From contig CAYZNM010000013.1 in assembly GCA_964479875.1 (NCBI GenBank), forward strand, positions 21,573-85,572: a stretch of 64,000 nt of DNA, read 5' to 3'. This stretch comes from an uncultured Eubacteriales bacterium (GTDB lineage Bacteria > Bacillota > Clostridia > Monoglobales > CAYZNM01). The position numbers and the translations under genes were made by a program. Below the pieces are notes generated by a model. It saw only the letters and a list, made by a program, of their open reading frames with translations, ran no database searches and had not been told where the DNA came from. Below are positions 8,956 to 19,302 of this stretch, one piece after another; position 1 is the first letter of the stretch; each line of letters opens with the position of its first letter.

Positions 8956-11093
8956 TACTCCTGCTCCGTTCGATTAAGTATATCCTTCTGCACCTCGTCC
9001 CACAGCGAGGTGTAAAACGCACTAAAGCCCGATACACGTACAACCAAGCTCCTGTACTTGTCGGGATTCACCATAGCGTCAGCCAAAATCTCACGCGACA
9101 CCGAATTAATTTGCATCTCCTGTCCACCCATGTTGAAATAGGTTTTGATTGCAAGGGCAAGCTTTCGCTTCTTCTCCGGACTTGAAAAGATTGAGGGGCT
9201 GAACTTTTGGTTTACAACTGTGCCGCACGTCACCTTTGTGTAATCAGGCTTTGTGAGGGATTGTATCGCCGAGGTGAAGCCGTTTTTGTCCATTCCGTAC
9301 ATCGGCGACGCGGCGTCGGACATAGCTTGCTTGGCTTTTCTGCCATCGGGGCTCGCCGCGCATTCCATGCCTGCCGTGATGTTGTTGATGTTGGAGGCGA
9401 TTGCGATATAGAATGGGCCGCCGTCGCGCGTCTTGAAGCGGTTGAATAGCTCTGCTATGTGGTCGACGTACCACACTGCGTATTGGTCTACGTAGTCGTT
9501 GTTGTTGCCATACTTGGGAGCGTTCAGGCATAGTGCGCGGATTTCGTCGTAGCCTGCGAAGTCTGCTTTTAGTGCGGCGACAAGCTGCTCCATCGTCACA
9601 AGCTTTTCGTCGTACACAAGCTTTTTAATCGCGGCAAGGCAATCTGCGACCGTCGCGATTCCCATGCAGCCTGCTCCGTGCGCAGACGGATATACCGCGC
9701 CGCCGCAGTTTATGTCAAGCCCACGCGCTATGCAATCGTCGAACAGCACCGAGAGGAAAGGAGTGGTGTAGTTGCTATGGTTTATGCCATCGTTCATATT
9801 GTTGAACATGGCGACGTATTCTTGGGAGGAATAATCAAGCTGCGCCTTGAACGCTTCCATGAAATCATCGAAGGTAGCAAAGCTAGAAGCAGGTGGTGTG
9901 GCAACGCCCATCGGCTTACCCGTCAGCATACACACACCTTCATTGAGCGCAAGCTCAATATACTTAGGCACATTGTAACGCCCATCGCTCCACGGCGGCT
10001 GCTTCCCCGGAATAAAATTCTCAATGCAGCCCACCATGCAATAATTGCGCGCGTCCTCGAGCGAATACCCACGCTCAAGCAGTGCAGGCACATTCACATC
10101 ATCATTCATCATAGCAGGATATCCAAGCCCCGAGCCTATTACATCAAGGCAAGCGTTGATGAATTCAAGCGACGTTTCCTTATGAATACGCGCAGACAAA
10201 TTAGGCCCCGGCACATTGCACTCGTGTACGGCTTTCAGCAGTGCATACGACAGCTCATTCGTAGCGTCGCCGCCCTCTGGAGTTACGCCGCCGATACATA
10301 TGTTCACAACATCATCATAGCCGCCGACCTCGCGTATACCCATAATCTTGTACAACGCATTAGCGCACAACTCCACGGCCTGATCGAACGTGATACGCCC
10401 TGCCGCCTTATCCGCTTCATAAAATGGGTACAAATACTGATCCATGCGCCCCAACGCCATAGCGAATCTACCCTCGTAGCAATACGCCACATGCGTAAAC
10501 CAAACAAGCTGCAACGCCTCGGCGAAAGTTTGCGGCTTGTCGAACGCAATATTCGCACACCGCTGCGCAATCTCCGCAAGCTGCCGCTTACGCTCATCAT
10601 CGGCAGTCATGCTTTTTGCACGCGCAAGCTCTGCATACTGGGTTATGTAAACCGAAAACGCATCCAGCGTCATATCCATCGCACGCAAAAATGTCACCCT
10701 AGCTTCATCGTCCCTATGCACCCGCATAGAATCCGCAATCTCGACGCGCAATCCGCTAATCCCCACTTCCAGCAGCTTATCATATCGCGGACAAGCGTGG
10801 TCGCCATTCAACCCAAAGTGCCTATACCCAAAGCTGTTGTTGTAATTGTTCGCAATCTCCAACAATCCTTCATCAACTTCAACGTTAATGAATCCGCGAA
10901 AGCAGCCCAAGATTAAATCGTTGTCATATATATGCTTCTTATGCTCGGTAAGCAGCCCATGAAAAGCGTGCGCACGCGCAATGCAATTCGGCTGTGTCAA
11001 CGCCTTTTGATAGCCGTGATACATATAAATGCCGCGCACGTCCTTGCCCTCAAGCCTGTTTGGAGTTAGCTCCGATTTAAGCCCGTTTAACAT
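8955..11093 (-). CDS. Glycyl-radical enzyme (PFL2/dehydratase-like family), 712 aa.
   Basis: C-terminal glycine-radical motif 'RVSGFSAFYTSL'. Active-site loop 'MVGCIENF' (Cys-x-Glu, as in glycerol/propanediol dehydratase, HypD and CutC-type eliminases rather than PFL). GAGGT RBS before the ATG at 11093. Confidence 0.85.
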   Translation of the reverse strand: MLNGLKSELTPNRLEGKDVRGIYMYHGYQKALTQPNCIARAHAFHGLLTEHKKHIYDNDLILGCFRGFINVEVDEGLLEIANNYNNSFGYRHFGLNGDHACPRYDKLLEVGISGLRVEIADSMRVHRDDEARVTFLRAMDMTLDAFSVYITQYAELARAKSMTADDERKRQLAEIAQRCANIAFDKPQTFAEALQLVWFTHVAYCYEGRFAMALGRMDQYLYPFYEADKAAGRITFDQAVELCANALYKIMGIREVGGYDDVVNICIGGVTPEGGDATNELSYALLKAVHECNVPGPNLSARIHKETSLEFINACLDVIGSGLGYPAMMNDDVNVPALLERGYSLEDARNYCMVGCIENFIPGKQPPWSDGRYNVPKYIELALNEGVCMLTGKPMGVATPPASSFATFDDFMEAFKAQLDYSSQEYVAMFNNMNDGINHSNYTTPFLSVLFDDCIARGLDINCGGAVYPSAHGAGCMGIATVADCLAAIKKLVYDEKLVTMEQLVAALKADFAGYDEIRALCLNAPKYGNNNDYVDQYAVWYVDHIAELFNRFKTRDGGPFYIAIASNINNITAGMECAASPDGRKAKQAMSDAASPMYGMDKNGFTSAIQSLTKPDYTKVTCGTVVNQKFSPSIFSSPEKKRKLALAIKTYFNMGGQEMQINSVSREILADAMVNPDKYRSLVVRVSGFSAFYTSLWDEVQKDILNRTEQE

Positions 11094-11130
11094 AAATTTA
11101 CCTCTCGAATTAACTTAATTTTATACATAC

Positions 11131-11159
11131 ATTATATTAAACCTAAGTGAAAAAGTCAA
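11131..11159 (-). promoter_or_regulatory. Near-consensus sigma-A promoter for the GRE-activase operon.
   Basis: On the minus strand: TTGACT-17 nt-TATAAT, about 35 nt upstream of the GRE start codon, in an AT-rich divergent intergenic region. Confidence 0.5.
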
Positions 11160-11223
11160 TTAAAATAAAGGATATTATCGTGCTAAACGCGAACTAAATA
11201 CCAAACAGATTTAAGGAGGCAGC

Positions 11224-12321
11224 ATGAAAGCAAAAGCAGCAGTTTTCCAAGGAACAAACAAACCATTTAGCATAAATGAATACGAAGTAACGCCGCCGCA
11301 AAGCGGCTATGCGCTGGTCGAATTAATCGCAAGCGGCGTATGCGGCACGGACATACACATTCACGGCGGCAAAATCGGGGTACAGCCGCCGATGATTATC
11401 GGACACGAATTCGTCGGCAAGGTGCGCGAGATTGCCCAAAGCGATGCAAACAGCAGCGGCATAGCCATAGGCGACAACGTTATCGTGAGCGTAGCACAGC
11501 CGTGCGGCCGCTGCGTATTGTGCGGCGAGGGTGACGACGCAAACTGCGTCAACATGGGGGTTACATACTTTAAATCCCCCGAGGAAGCTCCGCACTTTTT
11601 CGGCGGCTTCGCGGAATGCACATACGCGCCCGTGGGCAACATGATAAAGCTGCCGAGTGAGATTGAGCCTGTGTCGGCGAGCGTATTCGCTTGCGCTGCA
11701 CCTACTGCGCTGCACGCGTTTAGGCTTGCGGCGGAGGCTAATGTCAAGGTTGCCGCCGCCAATGTCGCGGTGGTGCAAGGGCTTGGATCTGTTGGATTGT
11801 TCGCAGTGATATACCTTGCGTCTATCGGCGTAAAAAACATCATAGCTATAACCACAGGCGGCAATCCCGAACGCGACGGCCTTGCGCTGGAGTTAGGTGC
11901 GACAAGCATACTAAGCCTTGGCAGCATGTCCGCCGATGAATGTATCGCCGCGGTGCGCTCCGCAAGCGGAGGATTGGGCGCGGACATAGTGTTTGAAGCG
12001 TCAGGCAATCCGCAAGCCTTCAATCAAGGCGTTGCAATGCTGCGCAACAGGGGCGCGTATCTAGTGCCGGGACAGTATTCCAACAGCGGCACAATCCCAT
12101 TTTCGCCGCAGCTTGTCACCTTCAACGCGCTGCACATCATAGGCTCGTCGCAATACTCGCTCACGGACGTGCAAGCATACATCGCATTTCTGCAAAAGAA
12201 TCCGCAAATACTTCCACAGCTTGCAAAAATGTACACCGCGTACCCGCTTGCTGAAATCAACCAAGCATTCGACCACGCAAAATCCGGCAAGAACATAAAA
12301 ACAATCATAACCGCCGAATAA
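11224..12321 (+). CDS. Zinc-dependent alcohol/polyol dehydrogenase (MDR superfamily; sorbitol/threonine dehydrogenase-like).
   Basis: 'GVCGTDIHIHGG' and 'GHEFVGKV' catalytic-Zn motifs. Structural Zn site 'CGRCVLCGEGDDANC'. Rossmann GxGxxG 'VQGLGSVG'. AAGGAGG RBS. Confidence 0.8.
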   Translation: MKAKAAVFQGTNKPFSINEYEVTPPQSGYALVELIASGVCGTDIHIHGGKIGVQPPMIIGHEFVGKVREIAQSDANSSGIAIGDNVIVSVAQPCGRCVLCGEGDDANCVNMGVTYFKSPEEAPHFFGGFAECTYAPVGNMIKLPSEIEPVSASVFACAAPTALHAFRLAAEANVKVAAANVAVVQGLGSVGLFAVIYLASIGVKNIIAITTGGNPERDGLALELGATSILSLGSMSADECIAAVRSASGGLGADIVFEASGNPQAFNQGVAMLRNRGAYLVPGQYSNSGTIPFSPQLVTFNALHIIGSSQYSLTDVQAYIAFLQKNPQILPQLAKMYTAYPLAEINQAFDHAKSGKNIKTIITAE

Positions 12322-12357
12322 AACAAAAGCCCATTCCTGTCAGGAATGGGCTTTTTA
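12322..12357. terminator. Bidirectional rho-independent terminator between the convergent dehydrogenase and chemoreceptor genes.
   Basis: A-rich run, perfect hairpin gcccattcctg/caggaatgggc, then TTTTT. Confidence 0.7.
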
Positions 12358-12359
12358 AA

Positions 12360-14615
12360 TTATAAATTAATAATATCGCTGTTTTTATAAGAACCGCCGT
12401 CGCTTAAAGTCAGTAGCGGAGTGGCTTGGGGCAGCTTTAGGTTCTGCTCCTTAGTCTTAAACTCCACGATTAGTCTTTCCAGCATGTAAGCTTCGGATGA
12501 AAGCGTTTCGCTTGCGGCCGCCGATTCTTCGCTTGTTGCGGAATTGGTTTGTACCACGCTTGAAATCTGCTCAATGCCTGCCGATACCAAGGCGATAGCT
12601 TCTGCTTGCTCCTTGCACGATTGCGATATTTCCGAAATTACAGACGCTGTGGAATTTACGTTGCCCACTACAGCATTTAGCTCATTCGCGGCAATTTCCG
12701 CTAGGCGCACGCCCTCTTTTATTGAAGCGACGGAATCGTTGATTAACATCGCGGTATTCTTTGAAGCTTCGGAGGATTTGCCTGCGAGGTTGCGCACTTC
12801 TCCTGCAACTACCGAGAAGCCTTTTCCTGCGTCGCCTGCGCGTGCGGCTTCAACCGAGGCGTTTAGCGCAAGTATGTTTGTTTGGAAGGCTATGTCTTGT
12901 ATTGTCTTGATAACCTTGTTGATTTGCTTGGATTTTTTGTTCATGGCGTTCATTGCTTCCATGAGCTGCTGCATGTATTGGTTGCTGTTGCTAATCGCCG
13001 TCGACGCCTCCTCTGCCATCTCTTGAGCGGCAGATGAGTTTTTCGCGGTTTCAGTCACTTGCGCTGTGATTTCTGTCATCGTTGCGTGAAGCTCTTCGAC
13101 TGCGCCTGCTTGTTCTGTCGTGCCGTGCGCTAGGGATTGCGCGTTTGTTGCAACCATGCGCGAACCTTGCGATACGCCTTTCGCCGACACATTTATGTTG
13201 GTGACAACATTGTTTAAGATTGAAACGATGTTATTGATTGAGCTTTGAATCTTGCCGAACTCGCCTTGATATTCAACAGAGGTTTTCACATCAAGGTTCT
13301 TGCCTGAAATTGAATCAAGCACGCGCGATATGTCCACGATAACCGACCGCAGTGATTTCACCATGCTGTTAAAGGTGTGCTCCAGCATACCTATTTCATC
13401 GTTGGTCTTAGGGTGCAGCTCGATGTCAAAGTCGCCCCTTTCAATGCTGCGCGCGGCCTTTAGAATCTTGCCTATCGGCTTTAGCATTCTGTTTGTCGCA
13501 AACAAAATGCTTGCAACAAGCAACAGCTCCAAAGCGAAAGCCGATATCATCAGAAATACAACAACGTTGTTGATTATCGCGTCAATGTCGTCTGTGGCTA
13601 ACGCAGAAAGAATCCACCAATTGCCTTCCGCAAGAGGTATCGGCGTGTAGAATCGGCTCACCTTTTTGCCGTTTTCACGCGTACTCTCGTATGAGAATGG
13701 TTTGCCTTTTTCTAAAAGAGAGGATAGCTCGTTGTATTCGTTCGGGAAAGCAAAGAATGTTTGCATATTCTTGCCGATGTCGTTTAAGTCTTCTGTGTCA
13801 TAGATGATCGTCTTTTCTTCATTGTACAGCGTCGTGTACATCGAAGGGTATCTGTCGTTTTGCTTTATCATATTAGAGAATGTGGATACGTCAATATCAA
13901 CGCATATCACCCCCATTATCTCGCCTTTATGTATGATAGGAGCGCTTGCTGTGATTATGTCAATTCCTTCGTACTCATATGTCTTTGTGAAAACAAGCTC
14001 TTGATGATCCTTGGCTATGGTGTAATATTCCTCGCTGCCGTATTCGGAGAAGTTGTAAAATTCCGGTGCGACAGTTTCGATAGTATCGTCGTCGGTAATG
14101 TATACCGCGTATCCGTCGACAAACTCGCTGAACTTGTAAGGTTCAAAATAAACTCCCGCACCTGCTATGTCAGGGTTCGCTTTTATGGCATCAACAATTG
14201 TAAAGAGCATGTATTTTTCCACATCAAGCTCAAGCTCGGAGATAGGCACATTGTAAATCATGCTCTTATCATTCTTTATCCCAGGCGCTTGCCACGAATT
14301 GTAGTCCTGCCCAAGCATGTTGCGTTTTTCTTCATCTTTATATTTATAATAATGATTGATATAAAGCTGCATATCAACAGCCAAAGTTTCCGCGCTCTTC
14401 AAGATATTGCTTGCGTAAATCGCATTTGCTTTTGATGTCATGGTGAATTCATCGTGTATCGACGAATTCATCGCGCCGCGAAACGTCATTATTACGCCTG
14501 TTATCAATATTCCCAGCACTATTACAACAACGGCAGATATTACAATTGCAATTTTTGCGGAGATACCGAGCTTTAGTTTATTTGCCATGATTTTGGCTCC
14601 TTTTCGACTTGGCAA
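12360..14615 (-). CDS. Methyl-accepting chemotaxis protein (TM - Cache-like sensor - TM - HAMP - MCP signalling domain).
   Basis: N-terminal TM helix, a periplasmic domain of about 300 aa, a second TM, and a HAMP segment ([31 protein letters not shown]). Conserved MCP signalling core '[37 protein letters not shown]'. Confidence 0.85.
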   Translation of the reverse strand: MPSRKGAKIMANKLKLGISAKIAIVISAVVVIVLGILITGVIMTFRGAMNSSIHDEFTMTSKANAIYASNILKSAETLAVDMQLYINHYYKYKDEEKRNMLGQDYNSWQAPGIKNDKSMIYNVPISELELDVEKYMLFTIVDAIKANPDIAGAGVYFEPYKFSEFVDGYAVYITDDDTIETVAPEFYNFSEYGSEEYYTIAKDHQELVFTKTYEYEGIDIITASAPIIHKGEIMGVICVDIDVSTFSNMIKQNDRYPSMYTTLYNEEKTIIYDTEDLNDIGKNMQTFFAFPNEYNELSSLLEKGKPFSYESTRENGKKVSRFYTPIPLAEGNWWILSALATDDIDAIINNVVVFLMISAFALELLLVASILFATNRMLKPIGKILKAARSIERGDFDIELHPKTNDEIGMLEHTFNSMVKSLRSVIVDISRVLDSISGKNLDVKTSVEYQGEFGKIQSSINNIVSILNNVVTNINVSAKGVSQGSRMVATNAQSLAHGTTEQAGAVEELHATMTEITAQVTETAKNSSAAQEMAEEASTAISNSNQYMQQLMEAMNAMNKKSKQINKVIKTIQDIAFQTNILALNASVEAARAGDAGKGFSVVAGEVRNLAGKSSEASKNTAMLINDSVASIKEGVRLAEIAANELNAVVGNVNSTASVISEISQSCKEQAEAIALVSAGIEQISSVVQTNSATSEESAAASETLSSEAYMLERLIVEFKTKEQNLKLPQATPLLTLSDGGSYKNSDIINL

Positions 14616-14745
14616 TTACTTCTATATATAGATTATAAATAAAAAAATAGAATTTGTCAACATGATTTATTCAAATATCATATGATTTATTGTATATTTT
14701 AACGATAGAACATAAAAAATATACACGTTCGTATACCTCTTTTGA

Positions 14746-14774
14746 GTTAAAAAAAGCCCTTTCGGGCTTTTTTC
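14746..14774 (-). terminator. Rho-independent terminator downstream of the GNAT gene (minus strand).
   Basis: aaagccc-tttc-gggcttt hairpin flanked by A-run and T-run. Confidence 0.6.
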
Positions 14775-14776
14775 TA

Positions 14777-15952
14777 TTAAACTCCATCGGGTCGGCTTGT
14801 AAATAGTGGCAGGGGGAACCAATTCATAAGCTGCACTGCTATCGCAGGAGGAAGCTCTGTCACCATTTGCGGAGGCAACGGCCCGCACATTAGGCGCAGG
14901 GCGGTGAAGCTGTCACAATCTACGTCGGGCTTGCATTCGGTAAGGCTGCATGTTGCAGAGCCGCCTTTTGCTAGGATTGAAAGCGTGCCGTAATTTTGTA
15001 TGCCGATGTTGGCTTGACCTTCCATCAGCGGTTGATAGGTTGATTTTACGCTTAACAGTCCGCTTATCACCGATACCCAATCCATGATTTTCCAGCTTCC
15101 GCAGCCGCTGATGTGCATACCTTCGCTTATCATGGATAAGCGGTTTATGTAGGATATGCACCACGGCGGCATGTCTATGCCGAAGTCGCCGCGTTCGTTC
15201 GCCCACGCTGCTAATGTCGCCTCGAAGATATCGTCGTTTTCGGCGTAGATTTCTTTTACGCCGTTCCATTTGTCCGCGACAAGGTATGCGACAGGGTCGC
15301 CGTTGCTGTCAAGTGCGGCGTACGGCTTGCTGTACCAGCTGCACAGTATGTCGTATAGTCTTTCGTCGTTGCGCAAATAGTATAGCGGATTGCGGCGCAG
15401 CAGCTTTTTTGTGTAGGCAAGCAGAGCTGCGTCGTCGCGTGCGATTTCTTTTATTGTGAGAGTGATTGCTTTTGCTGTTGCTGATATTTCCTTTACGTTG
15501 CTCTTGGTTACGTAAAAGCTGTAGCAAATTCCGGAGGGCTCATAGCCGTGGTATTGGTAGCGTTTGCGCATACCGCCTAGGTATGAGAGCTGCACGCCGT
15601 CGTTTTGGTAGTGGTCGTTTACAGCGTGCATGATGTTGCGCATGTGGCCTTTGCCTGTTTCACGCTTGTGCGTAGCGACGCCGCCGATTCCTTCGGCTTT
15701 TAGTGTGTGTCCGCCCATTTGTATTTCTACAGGGAAGCTGCCTATGGACGCGACGATTCTGTCGCCTGCGCGTACGATGTAGTGGTCGTCGGCGCATTGC
15801 TGCGTGTTGTGGTACAGCTTTGGCAGCAGATTGCGGAAATCGTGCGGCTCGCTGTCTTGGCTGAAAACTAAGTCCATCAGGTCAAACATTTTCGTTAAGT
15901 CGCTAATTTCAGGCTTGTCGAGAAAGTACAGGTTGTTGCCATTTTCTGTCAT
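14777..15952 (-). CDS. GNAT-family N-acetyltransferase with a C-terminal SCP2-like extension (Eis-like architecture).
   Basis: 391 aa. The central region 'HTLKAEGIGGVATHKRETGKGHMRNIM' resembles a GNAT acetyl-CoA binding block. Overall length and layout resemble Eis-type enzymes. Assignment by pattern only. Confidence 0.45.
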   Translation of the reverse strand: MTENGNNLYFLDKPEISDLTKMFDLMDLVFSQDSEPHDFRNLLPKLYHNTQQCADDHYIVRAGDRIVASIGSFPVEIQMGGHTLKAEGIGGVATHKRETGKGHMRNIMHAVNDHYQNDGVQLSYLGGMRKRYQYHGYEPSGICYSFYVTKSNVKEISATAKAITLTIKEIARDDAALLAYTKKLLRRNPLYYLRNDERLYDILCSWYSKPYAALDSNGDPVAYLVADKWNGVKEIYAENDDIFEATLAAWANERGDFGIDMPPWCISYINRLSMISEGMHISGCGSWKIMDWVSVISGLLSVKSTYQPLMEGQANIGIQNYGTLSILAKGGSATCSLTECKPDVDCDSFTALRLMCGPLPPQMVTELPPAIAVQLMNWFPLPLFTSRPDGV

Positions 15953-15984
15953 AGTAGCCTCCTTGGTAGAATTAAAGCATTTTG

Positions 15985-17622
15985 TTAAAGCATTTTATTG
16001 AACAGCGTCATGATGTTGCCGACGAGTTGTTCGTTTGTTTTGGAGTTGATTAGGCGGTTGATTATTGTTTCGGTTACGTCTGCGGCAGGCTGCGTGCCGA
16101 AGGCTTTGCGGATTGCGTAAACTACATCAAGCTCCTGCTTGCTAAGCAGCAATTCCTCGTGGCGTGTGCCGGAGCGGTATATGTCTATCGCAGGGAATAT
16201 GCGACGCTCCTGCAATCGGCGGTCGAGGTGGATTTCCATGTTGCCTGTGCCTTTTAAGTCCTCGAAGATTACGTCGTCCATTCGGCTGCCTGTTTCGATT
16301 AGGGCGGTCGCGATAACCGTAAGGCTGCCGCCGTTTTCTACGTTGCGCGCTCTGCCGAAGAATTTTTTCGGCTTAAATAGAGCGGTGGCGTCAAGACCGC
16401 CGGACAGCGTTTTGCCACTTGTCGCTACGACTAGATTGTATGCACGCGCAAGCCGCGTAATGCTGTCTAGCAGTATTACAACGTCGCGGTTATGCTCGAC
16501 AAGCCGCTGCGCTCTCTCGAACACCATCTCGGCGATATGCACGTGATGCGTCGGCTCTTGGTCGAATGTGGAGAAGGCAACCTCGCAGTCGATTCCGCGC
16601 TGCATGTCGGTAACTTCCTCGGGACGCTCGCCTATAAGCAAAGTAATGAGCTTTACGTCAGGGTGATTTATGCGAATGCTGCGCGCCATTTCCTTTAAAA
16701 TGGTGGTCTTGCCCGCCTTGGGCGGCGATACTATTAAGCCGCGCTGCCCTTTTCCTATTGGAGCGAATAGGTCGACAAGGCGCATTGAATAGGGGCTATC
16801 GGCGTGTTCGAGGTGTATGCGTTCGTTCGGATAAATAGGAGTGAGTGTATCGAAGGGCTTGCGGGAGAATACGGCGTCCGGCTTGTCGTCGTTTATTGTG
16901 GACACAAAGTAGAGGGCGTTGTAGCGTTCGCCTTCTTTTTCGCGGCGCGCCAGACCTTTGATGTAGTCGCCGTTTTTTAGGCGAAAGCGTTTAATCATCG
17001 CAGGAGGCATGAATATGTCGCCGGCGCTAAAGCCATAGTTTTCGCAGCGCAGGAAGCCGTAGCCCTCCTCGCATAGTTCGAGTACGCCTTCTACTTCCGA
17101 ACCGGTGGAGGTTCTTTTTAAGGGGAAGCGGTTGTCGTAATTGTTTCTGCGCTGATCGAATTGCTCGGGTTGCGCAGGGGCTTGAGGGGCGGCTTCTGTT
17201 GTGGGGGTTGGTGATACTGCCGCTACAGGCTGGGATTGCTCGGGTGTAGGCTCGGGTTGCACAAGTACAGGTTCGGGCTGTACAGGTGCATGTTCAGGCT
17301 TCGCAGGTTCGGGAGTGACTTCTTGCGGCGGCGCGACTTCTGCTTCTACTTGCTTCTTGGGTCTGCCGCGGCGCGGTTTTACCTCCTCCTGCTTTTCTTC
17401 CACTACTTTCTTTGGGCGGCCGGGCTTTCGCTTGGACTCCGCGCTTTGCGGAACAGCGATAGCTTGCGCAGGCTTTCCGTTTTGCTCATTCTCTAGCTGC
17501 TTGGCGAGGATTACCTCGATAAGCTTTTCTTTGTTGTGTGACGTGTAATGTTTAACCCCGATTTGTCCGCAGTAGGTATACAAGTCCCTGATTTTGGTTT
17601 TCTGCAATTCTTCCAGTGTCAT
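15985..17622 (-). CDS. rho: Transcription termination factor Rho, with an N-terminal low-complexity insertion.
   Basis: Walker A 'PPKAGKTTILKEMARSI', Rho RNA-binding and helicase blocks, conserved C-terminus. A Pro/Glu/Gln/Ala-rich insertion of about 110 aa carries two GRPKK AT-hook-like motifs. Confidence 0.9.
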   Translation of the reverse strand: MTLEELQKTKIRDLYTYCGQIGVKHYTSHNKEKLIEVILAKQLENEQNGKPAQAIAVPQSAESKRKPGRPKKVVEEKQEEVKPRRGRPKKQVEAEVAPPQEVTPEPAKPEHAPVQPEPVLVQPEPTPEQSQPVAAVSPTPTTEAAPQAPAQPEQFDQRRNNYDNRFPLKRTSTGSEVEGVLELCEEGYGFLRCENYGFSAGDIFMPPAMIKRFRLKNGDYIKGLARREKEGERYNALYFVSTINDDKPDAVFSRKPFDTLTPIYPNERIHLEHADSPYSMRLVDLFAPIGKGQRGLIVSPPKAGKTTILKEMARSIRINHPDVKLITLLIGERPEEVTDMQRGIDCEVAFSTFDQEPTHHVHIAEMVFERAQRLVEHNRDVVILLDSITRLARAYNLVVATSGKTLSGGLDATALFKPKKFFGRARNVENGGSLTVIATALIETGSRMDDVIFEDLKGTGNMEIHLDRRLQERRIFPAIDIYRSGTRHEELLLSKQELDVVYAIRKAFGTQPAADVTETIINRLINSKTNEQLVGNIMTLFNKML

Positions 17623-17656
17623 AATGTTCTCCTAGTTAATCCGATATATTGCTTTT

Positions 17657-19291
17657 TTATAATATTGCGCCTTTTGCGGCGGAGCTTACCATTTTTGCGT
17701 AGCGTTTTAGGTAGCCATTGATTTGTTTTTCCTTGGGTTTCCAATCCTTGCGGCGAGATTCAAATTCTGCGTCGGATACTCGCGCGTTGATTGTTTTATT
17801 CGGTATGTCGACTTCGATTATATCGCCGTCGCGCAGCAGTGCTATGTTGCCGCCGTGAGCAGCTTCAGGGGAGGCGTGACCGAAGCACGCGCCGTGAGTT
17901 GCACCGCTGAAGCGGCCGTCGGTGATAAGGCTTACGTCCTCGCCTAAGCCCATGCCGCATATCGCAGAGGTCGGCGCAAGCATTTCGCGCATTCCGGGGC
18001 CGCCGGAGGGGCCTTCATAGCGGATTACAACGCAGTCGCCTTTGTTGATTTCGCCGCCGAAAATTGCGGCTATGCACTCTTCCTCGCTGTCGAAGCAGCG
18101 TGCGATTAGCTCACGCTTTAGCATGTGTTTGGATACGCCTGCGGTTTTTACAACTGCGCCCTCGAGTGCGATATTGCCGAATACGATGGATATGCCTCCT
18201 GTGGGGGAGTGCGGATTTGTAACTTCGCGGATTACGTCGTGGTCGCGCACAGGGCGTTTTGCGATTGCGTCAAATAGCATTCCGTCTACTGTCAGCGTGT
18301 TGTTTAAGAGATTCAGCTTGTTTATCTCGTTCATGCACGCGTATACGCCGCCTGCCGCGTATAGGTCTTGCATGTGGTGCTTGCCTGTGGGGGCGATTCG
18401 GCAGAGGTTGGGGGTTTTCGACGATATTTCGTTGAATAAAGGCAGGGGCAGCTCTACGCCTGCTTCGGCGGCGATTGCAGGAAGGTGCAGCACTGAATTG
18501 GAGGAGCAGCCTAGAGCCATGTCTATTGTTATGGCGTTTAACAGTGCTTCGCGTGTGATAATTTGGCGCGCAGTGATTTTGTTTTCGACTAGCTTCATTA
18601 TCGCAAAGCCCGTTTCTTTGGCTAGGCGTACGCGCTCGCTGTATACTGCGGGAATTGTGCCGTTTCCGGGGAGGGCGATTCCCAGTGCTTCGGTTAGGCA
18701 GTTCATTGAATTTGCCGTGTACATGCCGGAGCATGAGCCGCATGTGGGGCAGGCGTTGTTTTCGATTTCCTTCACTTGGTCGTCGGTTACGCTGCCTTGC
18801 TTGTATTTGCCTATAACCTCGTAGGCTGTGTTAAAGTCCATCGTGCCGCTTCCGGGATTTATCGCAAGCATTGGGCCGCCGCTTACGATTATCGCAGGAA
18901 TGTTAAGGCGTGCCGCTGCCATAATCATGCCCGGAACTACCTTGTCGCAGTTTGGGATAAGTACAATCGCGTCAAGCGCGTGAGCCTTAACCATGCACTC
19001 GATCGAGTCGCAGATAAGCTCGCGCGTGCATAGGGAGTATTTCATGCCTTCGTGTCCCATCGCTATTCCGTCGCATACTGCTATTGTGGGGAATTGCAGC
19101 GGAGTGCCTCCGGCGATGCGCACACCTGTCGCCGCCGCTTCGGCAATGGTGTCAAGGTGAATATGCCCCGGAACGATTTCATTTTTGCTGTTGACTATGC
19201 CGATTATGGGGCGGTCGAGCTCTGCATCAGTTAATCCGCTTGCTTTAAAAAGCGTGCGCTGGGGTACGTTTTCTATTTTGTTGTATTTCAT
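17657..19291 (-). CDS. ilvD: Dihydroxy-acid dehydratase.
   Basis: '[27 protein letters not shown]' and the C-terminal '[24 protein letters not shown]' are classic IlvD/EDD blocks. 544 aa. Confidence 0.9.
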   Translation of the reverse strand: MKYNKIENVPQRTLFKASGLTDAELDRPIIGIVNSKNEIVPGHIHLDTIAEAAATGVRIAGGTPLQFPTIAVCDGIAMGHEGMKYSLCTRELICDSIECMVKAHALDAIVLIPNCDKVVPGMIMAAARLNIPAIIVSGGPMLAINPGSGTMDFNTAYEVIGKYKQGSVTDDQVKEIENNACPTCGSCSGMYTANSMNCLTEALGIALPGNGTIPAVYSERVRLAKETGFAIMKLVENKITARQIITREALLNAITIDMALGCSSNSVLHLPAIAAEAGVELPLPLFNEISSKTPNLCRIAPTGKHHMQDLYAAGGVYACMNEINKLNLLNNTLTVDGMLFDAIAKRPVRDHDVIREVTNPHSPTGGISIVFGNIALEGAVVKTAGVSKHMLKRELIARCFDSEEECIAAIFGGEINKGDCVVIRYEGPSGGPGMREMLAPTSAICGMGLGEDVSLITDGRFSGATHGACFGHASPEAAHGGNIALLRDGDIIEVDIPNKTINARVSDAEFESRRKDWKPKEKQINGYLKRYAKMVSSAAKGAIL

Positions 19292-19302
19292 TTGTTTTCT
19301 CC

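Noticed and set aside
8955-11093. Glycyl-radical enzyme as an N-terminally truncated pseudogene.
   Set aside because: Homology to the start of PFL2-type enzymes begins within the first ~20 residues. There is a good RBS and a strong promoter. No in-frame upstream coding continuation with GRE-like sequence is visible. The short length is therefore reported as a feature of interest rather than as decay.
14640-14745. atacacgttcgtatac-like near-palindrome in the chemoreceptor upstream region as a regulator site.
   Set aside because: On checking, the reverse complement does not match; it is not a true palindrome. The region is simply AT-rich promoter DNA.
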